A stretch of 64,000 nt of DNA, taken from assembly GCA_019639055.1 (NCBI GenBank), contig JAHBSP010000001.1:55628-119627 (forward strand), written 5' to 3'. The notes beneath the pieces are model-generated. The model did not search any database, was not told the DNA's origin, and saw only the letters and a program-made list of their open reading frames with translations. Source of the stretch: Microbacteriaceae bacterium (GTDB lineage Bacteria > Actinomycetota > Actinomycetes > Actinomycetales > Microbacteriaceae). How positions within the stretch are numbered: the first letter of the stretch is position 1; each line of letters starts with the position of its first letter. Both the position numbers and the translations under genes were made by a program. Of the stretch, positions 1 through 10,929 are shown one piece after another.

Positions 1-1
1 T

Positions 2-808
2 GAGAAAGTGGCGATTGTTTCTGATAAGCCACAGACAACTCGTAGAGCGATCCGGGGGATCATTCATAAACCAAACTTCCAAGTGATAATTATTGACACT
101 CCTGGAATTCATAGACCGCGAACCCTGCTCGGTGAGCGACTAAATGACATGACTGAGTCAGTGCTTTCTGAGGTTGACATCTTGGGTGTCTGTCTACCTG
201 CTGACGAAGAAATTGGGCCAGGAGACAAGCGCATAATCGAAAATTTGGTCAAATATCCAAAAACTAAGAAAATCGGTATTCTCACCAAAATTGATCGGGT
301 ATCTAGGGCAGAGGTAGCGGCCAGGCTTCTAGAAATTTCCGCGCTTTTCGACTGGGATGCGGTAATCCCGACCGCTTTCAATGACGAAGAACAATTAGCT
401 GAGCTTTCAGAACTGCTCGGATCTCTGATGCCAAGAAGCGAAGCACTATATCCAGAAGGGATGATTACCGAAGACAGTAGGGAAATTCGCATTGCGGAGA
501 TTATTCGTGAGTGCGCTCTCGACTCTGCTAGAGAAGAACTTCCACACTCAATAGCTGTAACAGTGAGCGATATTTTCCCCGCTGAAGCTAACCGTTTGAC
601 AAGAGTTTTTGCTGAAATTTGGGTAGAGCGCGATTCGCAAAAAGGAATCATTATTGGGAAGCGCGGCAGCAACCTTGCCAGGATTGGTTCAGAGTCAAGA
701 GCCGAAATTAAAAGGGTATTGGGTGAAGATGTTTACCTAGATTTGCAGGTGAAACTTGCAAAAGATTGGCAAAAAGACCCTAAATTACTCATGCGCCTCG
801 GTTTTTAA
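2..808 (+). CDS. era: GTPase Era, 5' end cut by window edge
   Basis: Reading frame is open to the window start (..EKVAIVSDKPQTTR). It has the G3 motif DTPG, the G4 motif TKID and a C-terminal KH domain (GIIIGKRGSNLARIG). Confidence 0.9.
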   Translation, partial: EKVAIVSDKPQTTRRAIRGIIHKPNFQVIIIDTPGIHRPRTLLGERLNDMTESVLSEVDILGVCLPADEEIGPGDKRIIENLVKYPKTKKIGILTKIDRVSRAEVAARLLEISALFDWDAVIPTAFNDEEQLAELSELLGSLMPRSEALYPEGMITEDSREIRIAEIIRECALDSAREELPHSIAVTVSDIFPAEANRLTRVFAEIWVERDSQKGIIIGKRGSNLARIGSESRAEIKRVLGEDVYLDLQVKLAKDWQKDPKLLMRLGF

Positions 809-822
809 GTAGAATATTTTTT

Positions 823-2694
<1,872 letters not shown>

Positions 2695-2716
2695 CCATCA
2701 GGCTAATAATTGAATT

Positions 2717-3472
2717 GTGGTGCTAATTAGAGATGAGGCTATTGTTTTGCGCGCTCAGAAACTGGGTGAAGCAGACAGAATCATCACTCTTTTGACTCGA
2801 AACAATGGAAAGCGCAGAGCTGTTGCTAAGGGTGTTAGACGAACTTCTAGCAAGTTCGGGGCCCGGTTAGAGCCCGGAGTAGTTGTTGACGTGCAACTTT
2901 ATGAGGGACGAAACCTGGATACTGTGCAACAGGCTGAGGGTTTGGCTTTTTACGGCGCTGAAATCGCTAATGATTATCCGAGCTATACAGCAGCGAGCGC
3001 CATGATTGAAACTGCCGACAGGCTTACAGAGTCTATTGGTAGTGCTGAACAGTATTTACTCCTAGTTGGAGGCCTCAGGGCACTAGCCAAAGGTCTGCAC
3101 TCGGCACCGATGATTTTGGATTCCTACCTCTTGAGGGCTCTTGCCTTTGCCGGTTGGGCACCCTCTTTAGACAGGTGCGCAATCACTGGAAAATTGGGTG
3201 AGCACACAGCCTTCGTTATTGAGTCTGGTGGTTTGGTCAGTGACGAAGTAGCACCACCTGGGAGCATGCGCCTGGATTCAGAAATTCTTGGGCACCTGAG
3301 AGCACTTTTAGCCGGTGACTGGGATACAGTTGAGACTTCGAGTTCCAGCGCAAAGAGTAGATCTACTGGAATTATTGCTGCCTATGTGCAGTGGCATTTA
3401 GATCGCGGGCTTAGATCGCTTACGCACGTTGAGCGAAATATTTCAACTGAACAGAAAGTAGGAGCCTTTTAG
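2717..3472 (+). CDS. recO: DNA repair protein RecO
   Basis: N-terminal OB fold matches RecO ([41 protein letters not shown]), in conserved position before uppS. The Cys4 finger is degenerate (see findings). Confidence 0.9.
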   Translation: MVLIRDEAIVLRAQKLGEADRIITLLTRNNGKRRAVAKGVRRTSSKFGARLEPGVVVDVQLYEGRNLDTVQQAEGLAFYGAEIANDYPSYTAASAMIETADRLTESIGSAEQYLLLVGGLRALAKGLHSAPMILDSYLLRALAFAGWAPSLDRCAITGKLGEHTAFVIESGGLVSDEVAPPGSMRLDSEILGHLRALLAGDWDTVETSSSSAKSRSTGIIAAYVQWHLDRGLRSLTHVERNISTEQKVGAF

Positions 3473-4269
3473 TGGCTAGGCGCGAAATGCTAGAACCTTT
3501 AAAGCCTTTGGACTGGACTGGCTTGTATCCGCCAAAGTTTGATTCAGCTGTGCCAAAACATATTGCCTTAACCATGGATGGCAACGGGCGTTGGGCAAAT
3601 GCGCGAGGGCTTAGCCGCATTGAGGGTCATAAAGCTGGTGAAGCTCCGCTACTCGATACAGTCGCCGGTGCCGCTCAAGCGGGGGTAGAACACCTGAGCG
3701 TTTTTGCTTTCTCCACAGAGAACTGGGTGCGTTCTCCAGACGAAGTGCGTTTCCTAATGGGATTCAACAGGCAGGTGCTTAGGCGCAGGCGTGACCAGCT
3801 TCATGATTGGAATGTGCGCATCCGTTGGTCTGGACGCCGTCCAAAACTTTGGACTGGAGTCATTAAAGAGCTTGAAGATGCCGAAGAGCTTACAAAAAAC
3901 AACACTGGTCTCACTATGACCATGTGCGTAAATTACGGTTCTAAACTGGAAATTTTGGATGCTGTGCGTGCAGTTGCAAAAGAGGTGCAACAGGGCAAAC
4001 TAAAACCCGAAGCAATCTAGCTTTCCACAATTCAAAGAAATATGTATATTCCGGATGCTCCTCCGGTGGATTTATACATTCGCACTTCGGGCGAACAAAG
4101 ACTCAGTAATTTTCAGTTGTGGCAGAGCGCCTACGCGGAAGTATATTGGGAGCAGACTCTTTGGCCAGATTATTCGAGGGAGCGCCTGTGGGAAGCCATT
4201 AGCTGGTATACCTCCAGAGAGCGCAGATTTGGTGGAGCACAAGACAAGCCCAGCAGGTCTACCAAGTAG
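3472..4269 (+). pseudogene. uppS: Undecaprenyl-diphosphate synthase (cis-prenyltransferase) interrupted by an in-frame TAG at 4018-4020
   Basis: ORFs 3472..4020 and 4042..4269 are in the same frame. The N-terminal part carries [13 protein letters not shown] and the C-terminal part carries [20 protein letters not shown]. The stop aligns to a sense position without a gap. Confidence 0.85.
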
Positions 4270-4330
4270 GATTGATTAGTATCCTTCGCATTTTGGCGTG
4301 GGTTTTGTATTTTCAAAATTAGGAGTGGTT

Positions 4331-5716
4331 TTGGCTGCTGTAAGCAAGCTCGATTCAGTCATTAACTTGGCCAAGCGTAGAGGTTTCGTTTTCCAGTCTG
4401 GAGAAATCTACGGAGGGTCTAGATCGGCTTGGGATTACGGACCACTCGGAACCGAACTTAAAGAAAACATTAAACGTCAGTGGTGGCAGGCGATGGTTAG
4501 AAGCCGTGCCGATATGGTGCCTCTTGATTCATCAATTATTTTGCCTCGAAAAGTGTGGCATGCCTCCGGCCATGTTGAAACATTTTCGGACCCATTGATT
4601 GAGTGCACTTCCTGCCATAAGCGTTTCCGTCAGGATCATCTTGAGGAAGATTTTGAGGCTCGCAAAGGTCGAAAAGCCGAGAGCATGGCAGAGATTCCTT
4701 GCCCCGGATGCGGAACTCGCGGAGCCTGGACAGAGCCTAGGCAATTCTCTGGCCTATTGAAGACATTCCTTGGACCTGTGGATGATGAAGAAGGCCTCCA
4801 CTATCTTCGCCCTGAAACAGCGCAAGGTATTTTTGTGAACTTCAGCAATGTGCTTACTGTTTCTAGGAAGAAACCACCTTTTGGTATTGCCCAAATTGGT
4901 AAAGCATTCCGTAATGAAATCACTCCGGGAAACTTCATCTTCCGCACTAGGGAGTTTGAACAGATGGAGATCGAATATTTCACCGCCCCCGACGAAGCGC
5001 CAGAGTGGTTTGACCACTGGGTCGATTACTGCTGGAACTGGTTTGTAGACCTCGGTATTGACCCAGACAATATGAGAAAGTTCGATGTTCCTGACGAGGA
5101 CAGAGCGCACTACTCTGCAGCCACCATCGATATCGAATACAAGTTTGGTTTCCAAGGTTCAGAATGGGGTGAACTTATGGGTATTGCAAACCGCACCGAT
5201 TTTGACCTAACTTCACACGCTAATGCCAGCGGTGCAAAGTTGGAATATTTTGATCAAGCAACCGGTACTAGGTACACACCTTTCGTTATTGAACCTTCAT
5301 TTGGTCTAACTCGCTCATTGATGGCGTTTTTGGTTGAAGCATACGAGGAAGAAACTGTTCCAAGCGGTAAAGAAGCAGGTGAAGATACCCGCGTGGTTTT
5401 GAAACTCGATCCTCGTCTTGCTCCGGTAAAGGTGGCTGTACTCCCACTTTCGCGGAACGAACAGCTTTCGCCTCTGGCCCGCGAAGTGTCCGATAATTTG
5501 CGCAAGTTCTGGAATGTCGACTTTGACGACTCCGGAGCGATTGGCCGTAGATATCGCAGAGGTGACGAAATAGGTACCCCGTTTGCGGTAACAGTTGACT
5601 TTGATTCCCTAGAGGACAAAGCTGTTACAGTTCGCGAACGTGACACTATGGCACAGGAGCGAGTATCACTCGACCAACTGCAGAGTTATCTTTCCGAAAG
5701 ACTTGCTGGGGCATAG
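4331..5716 (+). CDS. glyQS: Glycine--tRNA ligase (dimeric class II GlyQS)
   Basis: Contains [14 protein letters not shown] and [25 protein letters not shown]. The ORF is open from GTG 4298, but AGGAG at 4321-4325 favours TTG 4331 (MAAVSKLDS..). Confidence 0.93.
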   Translation: MAAVSKLDSVINLAKRRGFVFQSGEIYGGSRSAWDYGPLGTELKENIKRQWWQAMVRSRADMVPLDSSIILPRKVWHASGHVETFSDPLIECTSCHKRFRQDHLEEDFEARKGRKAESMAEIPCPGCGTRGAWTEPRQFSGLLKTFLGPVDDEEGLHYLRPETAQGIFVNFSNVLTVSRKKPPFGIAQIGKAFRNEITPGNFIFRTREFEQMEIEYFTAPDEAPEWFDHWVDYCWNWFVDLGIDPDNMRKFDVPDEDRAHYSAATIDIEYKFGFQGSEWGELMGIANRTDFDLTSHANASGAKLEYFDQATGTRYTPFVIEPSFGLTRSLMAFLVEAYEEETVPSGKEAGEDTRVVLKLDPRLAPVKVAVLPLSRNEQLSPLAREVSDNLRKFWNVDFDDSGAIGRRYRRGDEIGTPFAVTVDFDSLEDKAVTVRERDTMAQERVSLDQLQSYLSERLAGA

Positions 5717-5719
5717 CTT

Positions 5720-6868
5720 TTGAGTGCATTCAAGATTGGAAATATTCCTATCGAGGTGCCAGTGGTGCTTGCCCCAATGGCAGGCATAACCAATACCGCT
5801 TTTCGAAGGCTCTCTGCTGAATACGGTGGCGGACTCTATGTTTCTGAAATGATTACATCCAGGGCGCTAGTGGAAGAAAATCCCACAACTATGCGTTTGA
5901 TTCAGTTTCATGAATCTGAAACACCTAGGAGCATCCAACTTTATGGAGTTGAGCCGGAGAGTCTTGCCAGGGCAGCGATAATGATTCGTGAACGCAACCT
6001 TGCCGATCATATTGACATGAACTTTGGATGCCCAGTGCCTAAAGTAACCAGAAAAGGCGGGGGAGCAGCCCTTCCGTGGAAGCTTGACCTTTTCCGCGAA
6101 ATCGTGAATTCCACTGTGAAAGCTGCTGAGCACATCCCAGTCACCGTGAAAATGCGTAAAGGTATTGATGAAGACCATATAACCTATTTGGACGCTGCCA
6201 AGATTGCTGAAGATGCCGGGGTGGCGGCTATTGCTTTGCACGCTCGTACCGCAGCCCAGCACTATTCCGGTTTTGCTGACTGGGCCGCAATCACTAAACT
6301 CAAGCAAACCATCACCGGAATTCCAGTTCTTGGTAATGGCGACATCTGGTCGGCGGAGGATGCACTACGCATGATGGCTGAAACCGGTTGTGATGGCGTT
6401 GTTGTTGGTAGAGGCTGCCTTGGTAGGCCGTGGCTGTTTCATGACCTCGAATCTGGTTTTACAGGCTCAGACAGCCGAATTCGGGCTAATTTGGCTGATG
6501 TTGCGACTGCGATCGCTAGACATGCAAGATTACTTGGTGAATTTTTTGGTACCGATGATGACGGCGGAGAATTTAGAGCGTGCCGAGACATCCGGAAACA
6601 CATTTCTTGGTACTTGAAGGGATACCCTGTTGGCGGTGAATTACGCACGGCACTGGCTAAGGTATCCAGCTATGCAGAGCTTGATGATCTTCTAGGGAAA
6701 CTGGATTTGAGTGCAGAATACCCGGGTGCAGACGCTGAAGGTCCTAGAGGGCGCGCTGGGACTCCGAAAAAGCCGCATTTGCCAGATCGCTGGCTAGAAA
6801 GCAGAAATCTCGCTCAAGACGAAAAAGCGAATCTAGTAGAAACTGAGTATGACACTTCAGGTGGCTAG
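5720..6868 (+). CDS. dus: tRNA-dihydrouridine synthase
   Basis: Contains VVLAPMAGITNTAFR and DMNFGCP (catalytic Cys), with a TIM-barrel Dus pattern. Confidence 0.9.
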   Translation: MSAFKIGNIPIEVPVVLAPMAGITNTAFRRLSAEYGGGLYVSEMITSRALVEENPTTMRLIQFHESETPRSIQLYGVEPESLARAAIMIRERNLADHIDMNFGCPVPKVTRKGGGAALPWKLDLFREIVNSTVKAAEHIPVTVKMRKGIDEDHITYLDAAKIAEDAGVAAIALHARTAAQHYSGFADWAAITKLKQTITGIPVLGNGDIWSAEDALRMMAETGCDGVVVGRGCLGRPWLFHDLESGFTGSDSRIRANLADVATAIARHARLLGEFFGTDDDGGEFRACRDIRKHISWYLKGYPVGGELRTALAKVSSYAELDDLLGKLDLSAEYPGADAEGPRGRAGTPKKPHLPDRWLESRNLAQDEKANLVETEYDTSGG

Positions 6869-8090
6869 TTCATACGTTTACCAGAGTGAAGACCTAGAGC
6901 AATTTGTGCCAGAGACTCATAGGTCTAGTCGTTCTGCATTTACTCGTGACCGTGCACGCATTGTGCATTCGAGTGCGCTTAGGCGTTTGAGCATGAAGAC
7001 CCAGGTTCATTCCCCGCTAGCGGGCCTTGATTCTGCTCGAAACCGTTTGACGCACTCGCTTGAAGTTGCGCAGATTGGCAGGGAGATGGCAGGAACTTTG
7101 GGGCTTGATCCGGACATCGTTGATTCAGCATGTCTTGCCCACGATCTGGGGCATCCACCTTTCGGACACAATGGTGAAAAAGCTGTGGCGCTCTGGGCTG
7201 AAAAGTTCGGGGGTTTTGAAGGCAATGCGCAGACACTTCGCGTGCTGGTGCGGTTAGAACCTAAAACTTTTGATGCTGAAGGGCAAAGCAGGGGTCTTAA
7301 CCTGACAAGGGCGACACTGGATGCCTGCATTAAATATCCTTGGGCAGTGCAGGATGAGCTCGCACAGTCTTCGAAAAAGTTTGGTTTTTACCAGAGTGAC
7401 AGCGAAATTTATGAGTGGATTCGCGCCCATTCACTTCCAAGACAGAAAAGTGCCGAAGCACAACTGATGGATCTTGCCGATGACATCGCTTACAGTGTTC
7501 ATGATTTTGAGGACGCTGTGGTGAGCGGATTCATTGACCCGCTTACCCTGCTCGATCCTGGAATCAGGGATGCACTAATCAGAGACAGTGCCGAATGGGT
7601 CGGCACTAAAGATTTAGACGGTCTTGCTTTAGCGCTAGAGTCACTTTCCGCACTGCCTAGCTGGCCTAAAAAATGGAGTGGAACTTTTCAAGAACACGCC
7701 ATGCTCAAGGATCTAACCAGTTCGCTGATCGGTCGTTTTGCAACTTCCGTGCAGCGTGCATCTGAAAGCCAGAAAGTATTGGGAAGGTTTGAAGGTAGCG
7801 TAATTCGCCCTTACGAGACCGATATGGAAATTGATTTACTCAAAGGCATTGTCGCCTCTTTCGTCATGAATTTAGACACCAGGCAACAAGAATATGAACG
7901 ACAGCGTGAAATTATTATTGAGCTTGCTGACTGGCTTTGGGAGCACTCGCCAAGTGAATTGGAACCAATTTTCAAGGAAGCCTTCGAACGCGCTGATAGC
8001 GAAATAGCTGCTAGGAGAGCCATCATTGACCAGGTCGCTTCACTAACTGATAGAGGAGCCATTGACTGGCACTCTAGAATTAGGGCATGA
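6849..8090 (+). CDS. dgt: dGTP triphosphohydrolase-like HD-domain protein
   Basis: HD motifs HSLEVAQIGR and AHDLGHPPFGH. Sits in the conserved dgt-dnaG position and overlaps dnaG by ATGA. Confidence 0.85.
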   Translation: MTLQVASSYVYQSEDLEQFVPETHRSSRSAFTRDRARIVHSSALRRLSMKTQVHSPLAGLDSARNRLTHSLEVAQIGREMAGTLGLDPDIVDSACLAHDLGHPPFGHNGEKAVALWAEKFGGFEGNAQTLRVLVRLEPKTFDAEGQSRGLNLTRATLDACIKYPWAVQDELAQSSKKFGFYQSDSEIYEWIRAHSLPRQKSAEAQLMDLADDIAYSVHDFEDAVVSGFIDPLTLLDPGIRDALIRDSAEWVGTKDLDGLALALESLSALPSWPKKWSGTFQEHAMLKDLTSSLIGRFATSVQRASESQKVLGRFEGSVIRPYETDMEIDLLKGIVASFVMNLDTRQQEYERQREIIIELADWLWEHSPSELEPIFKEAFERADSEIAARRAIIDQVASLTDRGAIDWHSRIRA

Positions 8091-9955
8091 GCGGAAGGAT
8101 TCGCGCTTCAGATGTTGAAGCCATAAAGACGAGGACGAACATTCAAGATGTCGTCGGCGAATATGTCCAGCTCAAACAAAGCGGTTCCGGTTCTTTGGTC
8201 GGGCTTTCGCCATTTAAGGATGAGCGAACACCGAGTTTTTATGTACGACCCGCACTCGGCGTCTATCATTGCTTCTCCACCTCTCAGGGCGGCGACGTCA
8301 TAGATTTTCTGCAAAAAATGGAAAACATAAGTTTCACTGAGGCCGTGGAGAGACTCGCCGCGCGCATTGGATACGAGATTGTCTACGAAGAAAACGCGAA
8401 AGATCAGGCGGAACGTGGCCAGCGCAGTAGATTGCTTGAAGCAAACAAGCTTGCTGAGAGTTTTTATAAAATGCAGTTGCTTACTCCGGAAGCAAAACAC
8501 GGACGAGAATTCCTCATTAGCCGTGGTTTTGATAGTGCAGCGGCAGCACAATTCGGGGTGGGATATGCGCCAGACTCTTTTGATGCGCTACGCAAACATC
8601 TAGTTGCTAAAGGATTCAAACTTGAGGAACTAATAACCGCCGGGTTAGTGGTTGCTTCTGATAGGGGCGGGTATGACCGGTTTCGGAATCGCCTAGTTTG
8701 GCCAATTCGAGATCTAACTGGGCAGACTCTTGGCTTTGGCGCGAGGAAATTAGTTGAAACTGATAATGGCCCCAAATACTTGAACACTCCCGACACCCCG
8801 ATTTACCACAAGAACAGAGTGCTTTACGGTATTGATTTAGCCAGAAAATCAATTGGCTCCAATCGTCAAGTGGTGGTGGTGGAAGGCTATACCGACGTCA
8901 TGGCCGCCCATCTTGCAGGAGTGGATACAGCAGTTGCCACTTGCGGTACCGCATTTGGAAGTGAACATGTCACACTCATTCGTCGCGTTATGGGAGATAC
9001 CGCAAAGAGTGCCGGTGAAGTAATTTTCACATTCGACCCGGATATGGCTGGAAAACAAGCAGCGATTAGAGCCTTTGCTGAAGAATCACGCTTTGCTGCA
9101 GAAACATATGTTGCAGTAGCAGAAGACGGTTTGGACCCCGCTGATCTACGTCAGCAAAAGGGCGATGATGCGATTCGGGCAATGATTGAAAATAAGAAGC
9201 CAATGGTTGAGTTCATGATTCGCTCAACCATTGAAGGCTTCAATCTTGATACCGTCGAAGGACAGTACGGGGCGTTGAGACAGAGTGCCCCGCTACTTCG
9301 TTCAATACGCGACTCTGCACTAAGACCAGAGTATGTCCGAAAGCTAGCAGGATGGCTGGGGCTAGACCCTAAAGTGGTGCAGCGGGAAGTTGAATCTGCC
9401 AGTGAAGCCAGTTCTAAAGCACGCGATCCTCGTAACATCAGTACGGAAGAAAATACTACGAGCGCCGAAATGCTTCCAAAAGTGTCACTCAAGGAATTAG
9501 AACCACTTGAGCGCAGCGTCTTACAATCGTTGATTCAGCAACCAGCAGTAATTAGTAGCGATCTTGTCACAAGGATCGCCATAATTGAATTGCGTAACCC
9601 AACTGTGAATGAATTAAAAGATCACCTTGTTGTGCAATATTTCGAGGCTGTCGAAAGTCTAACTTCTGCCACCTGGCTCAGCAAAATTACTACCTCTTTG
9701 GATCAACAGAAACGAGAACTTGTTCAACAACTAGCAGCTTATCCACTGCCAATTGATGAGAAAGTAAGTGAAGATCAAATAAGAAGATATTGCACTGGTG
9801 TGCTGAAGGCACTTATTGAACGCGATATGGTTTCAATAAAGGCAAGATTATTGGCTGCCTTGCAACGGGCTGAAGTAGGCTCGGAAGAATATCGCCAAAT
9901 ACAGCACAATCTCATGACTTTGGAACAGGAGCGTCGAGAACTTGTTGAAAGATGA
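8087..9955 (+). CDS. dnaG: DNA primase
   Basis: 622 aa. N-terminal zinc-ribbon-like block (..SPFKDERTPSF..HCFSTSQGGD), RNA-polymerase core and TOPRIM (VVVVEGYTDV). Confidence 0.95.
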   Translation: MSGRIRASDVEAIKTRTNIQDVVGEYVQLKQSGSGSLVGLSPFKDERTPSFYVRPALGVYHCFSTSQGGDVIDFLQKMENISFTEAVERLAARIGYEIVYEENAKDQAERGQRSRLLEANKLAESFYKMQLLTPEAKHGREFLISRGFDSAAAAQFGVGYAPDSFDALRKHLVAKGFKLEELITAGLVVASDRGGYDRFRNRLVWPIRDLTGQTLGFGARKLVETDNGPKYLNTPDTPIYHKNRVLYGIDLARKSIGSNRQVVVVEGYTDVMAAHLAGVDTAVATCGTAFGSEHVTLIRRVMGDTAKSAGEVIFTFDPDMAGKQAAIRAFAEESRFAAETYVAVAEDGLDPADLRQQKGDDAIRAMIENKKPMVEFMIRSTIEGFNLDTVEGQYGALRQSAPLLRSIRDSALRPEYVRKLAGWLGLDPKVVQREVESASEASSKARDPRNISTEENTTSAEMLPKVSLKELEPLERSVLQSLIQQPAVISSDLVTRIAIIELRNPTVNELKDHLVVQYFEAVESLTSATWLSKITTSLDQQKRELVQQLAAYPLPIDEKVSEDQIRRYCTGVLKALIERDMVSIKARLLAALQRAEVGSEEYRQIQHNLMTLEQERRELVER

Positions 9956-10739
9956 TGAACCTAAAGTAGCGGTAAAAAATTTATCAGCCAAATACACGGG
10001 TAGATACACTTGGCCGGTTCTAAAAAACGTTAACTTCACCATTAAGGAAAATGACAATCTAGCGCTAATTGGACCAGCAGGTTCTGGAAAGACTGCCCTT
10101 GCAAAACTTCTTGCGGTTAGCGCCACCGAGGAAAAACGACCCAAAATCACTGACGGAAGTGCATTAGTTCTTGGTGTAGATATCGATAAACCTACTAGGC
10201 GAGAGAAAATCTTTTTATCCGCTCAGGTTGGTTTTCTGCCCCACGATGCTGGAACAAGACTAATTGGGACACTTTCTGTTGGTGAGAATATTGCGCTTCC
10301 AATCATCCAGAGAAATCCAGAATTCGATCGTCAAGATTTACAGAATCGGGTCGCAAAAATTATTGATCAGATGCGCTTGCCACTGAAGTTGTTGAGTCAT
10401 CTCCCTGCAGAGCTCTCAAGCGGCCAAAGGCAGCGAGTCGCGCTTGCCAAGTCACTAATCATGGAACCGGCACTTTGGATTGCTGATGAACCAACCAGGG
10501 GATTAGACATTAGTTTGCGAGACCTTCTTGACGAAATTCTCAGAGAGCAAATGAATAATCATTCATTCAGCTCGATAATTATTTCGCATGATTTTGCGCT
10601 CTATTCAAAAGTTGTTTCCAAAGTTCTGGTGCTTGAAAAGGGTGAACAAACAGCAATTCGCACCTCCGCATCCCTAAGAAATACAGGTGCCCTGAATGAC
10701 TATGTTGCAGAGCTCGCAAGCATAGCGAGACAGCGATAA
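9942..10739 (+). CDS. ABC transporter ATP-binding protein (Dpp/Opp-ATPase-like), with no adjacent permease
   Basis: Walker A GPAGSGKT, signature LSSGQRQRV, Walker B LWIADEPT and H-loop ISHD. The TTG start is 10 nt after AGGAG inside the dnaG 3' end, giving a 14-nt overlap. Confidence 0.8.
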   Translation: MLKDDEPKVAVKNLSAKYTGRYTWPVLKNVNFTIKENDNLALIGPAGSGKTALAKLLAVSATEEKRPKITDGSALVLGVDIDKPTRREKIFLSAQVGFLPHDAGTRLIGTLSVGENIALPIIQRNPEFDRQDLQNRVAKIIDQMRLPLKLLSHLPAELSSGQRQRVALAKSLIMEPALWIADEPTRGLDISLRDLLDEILREQMNNHSFSSIIISHDFALYSKVVSKVLVLEKGEQTAIRTSASLRNTGALNDYVAELASIARQR

Positions 10740-10809
10740 TGCACTTAGCAGGAACTTCTGTTTTCAGTTAGATTATGTAGTGAATTTTTGTTAGAGTATC
10801 TAAGCGCCT

Positions 10810-10885
10810 TCCTCCATAGCTCAATTGGCAGAGCAATCGGCTGTTAACCGATAGGTTCTTGGTTCGAGTCCAAGTGGGGGAGCCA
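10810..10885 (+). tRNA. tRNA-Asn (anticodon GTT), CCA encoded
   Basis: Cloverleaf folded by hand. Acceptor TCCTCCA/TGGGGGA, anticodon loop CTGTTAA, T-loop TTCGAGT, 76 nt. Confidence 0.9.
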
Positions 10886-10929
10886 AATTTTCCAGCAAAC
10901 GGGCAGGTAACTAGGAAAGACTGGAAGTA

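Noticed and set aside
109-672. Long antisense ORFs inside known genes (109..672, 5867..6307, 8108..8551, 23884..24297, 43165..43638, 58249..58746 and others) might be coding.
   Set aside because: They lie fully within strongly supported genes on the opposite strand. Their composition is low-complexity and Ser/Arg/Ala-rich, with no recognisable motifs. These are typical shadow ORFs.
4018-4020. The TAG in uppS might be a recoded (for example pyrrolysine or suppressed) codon.
   Set aside because: TAG terminates several well-conserved neighbouring genes (recO, glyQS, dus) at their expected ends, and no pyl genes are visible. A nonsense mutation or an error is the simpler explanation.
4055-4279. 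An alternative-frame 74-aa ORF over the 3' part of uppS.
   Set aside because: The in-frame continuation of uppS carries the conserved [10 protein letters not shown] motif, and the alternative frame has no recognisable features.
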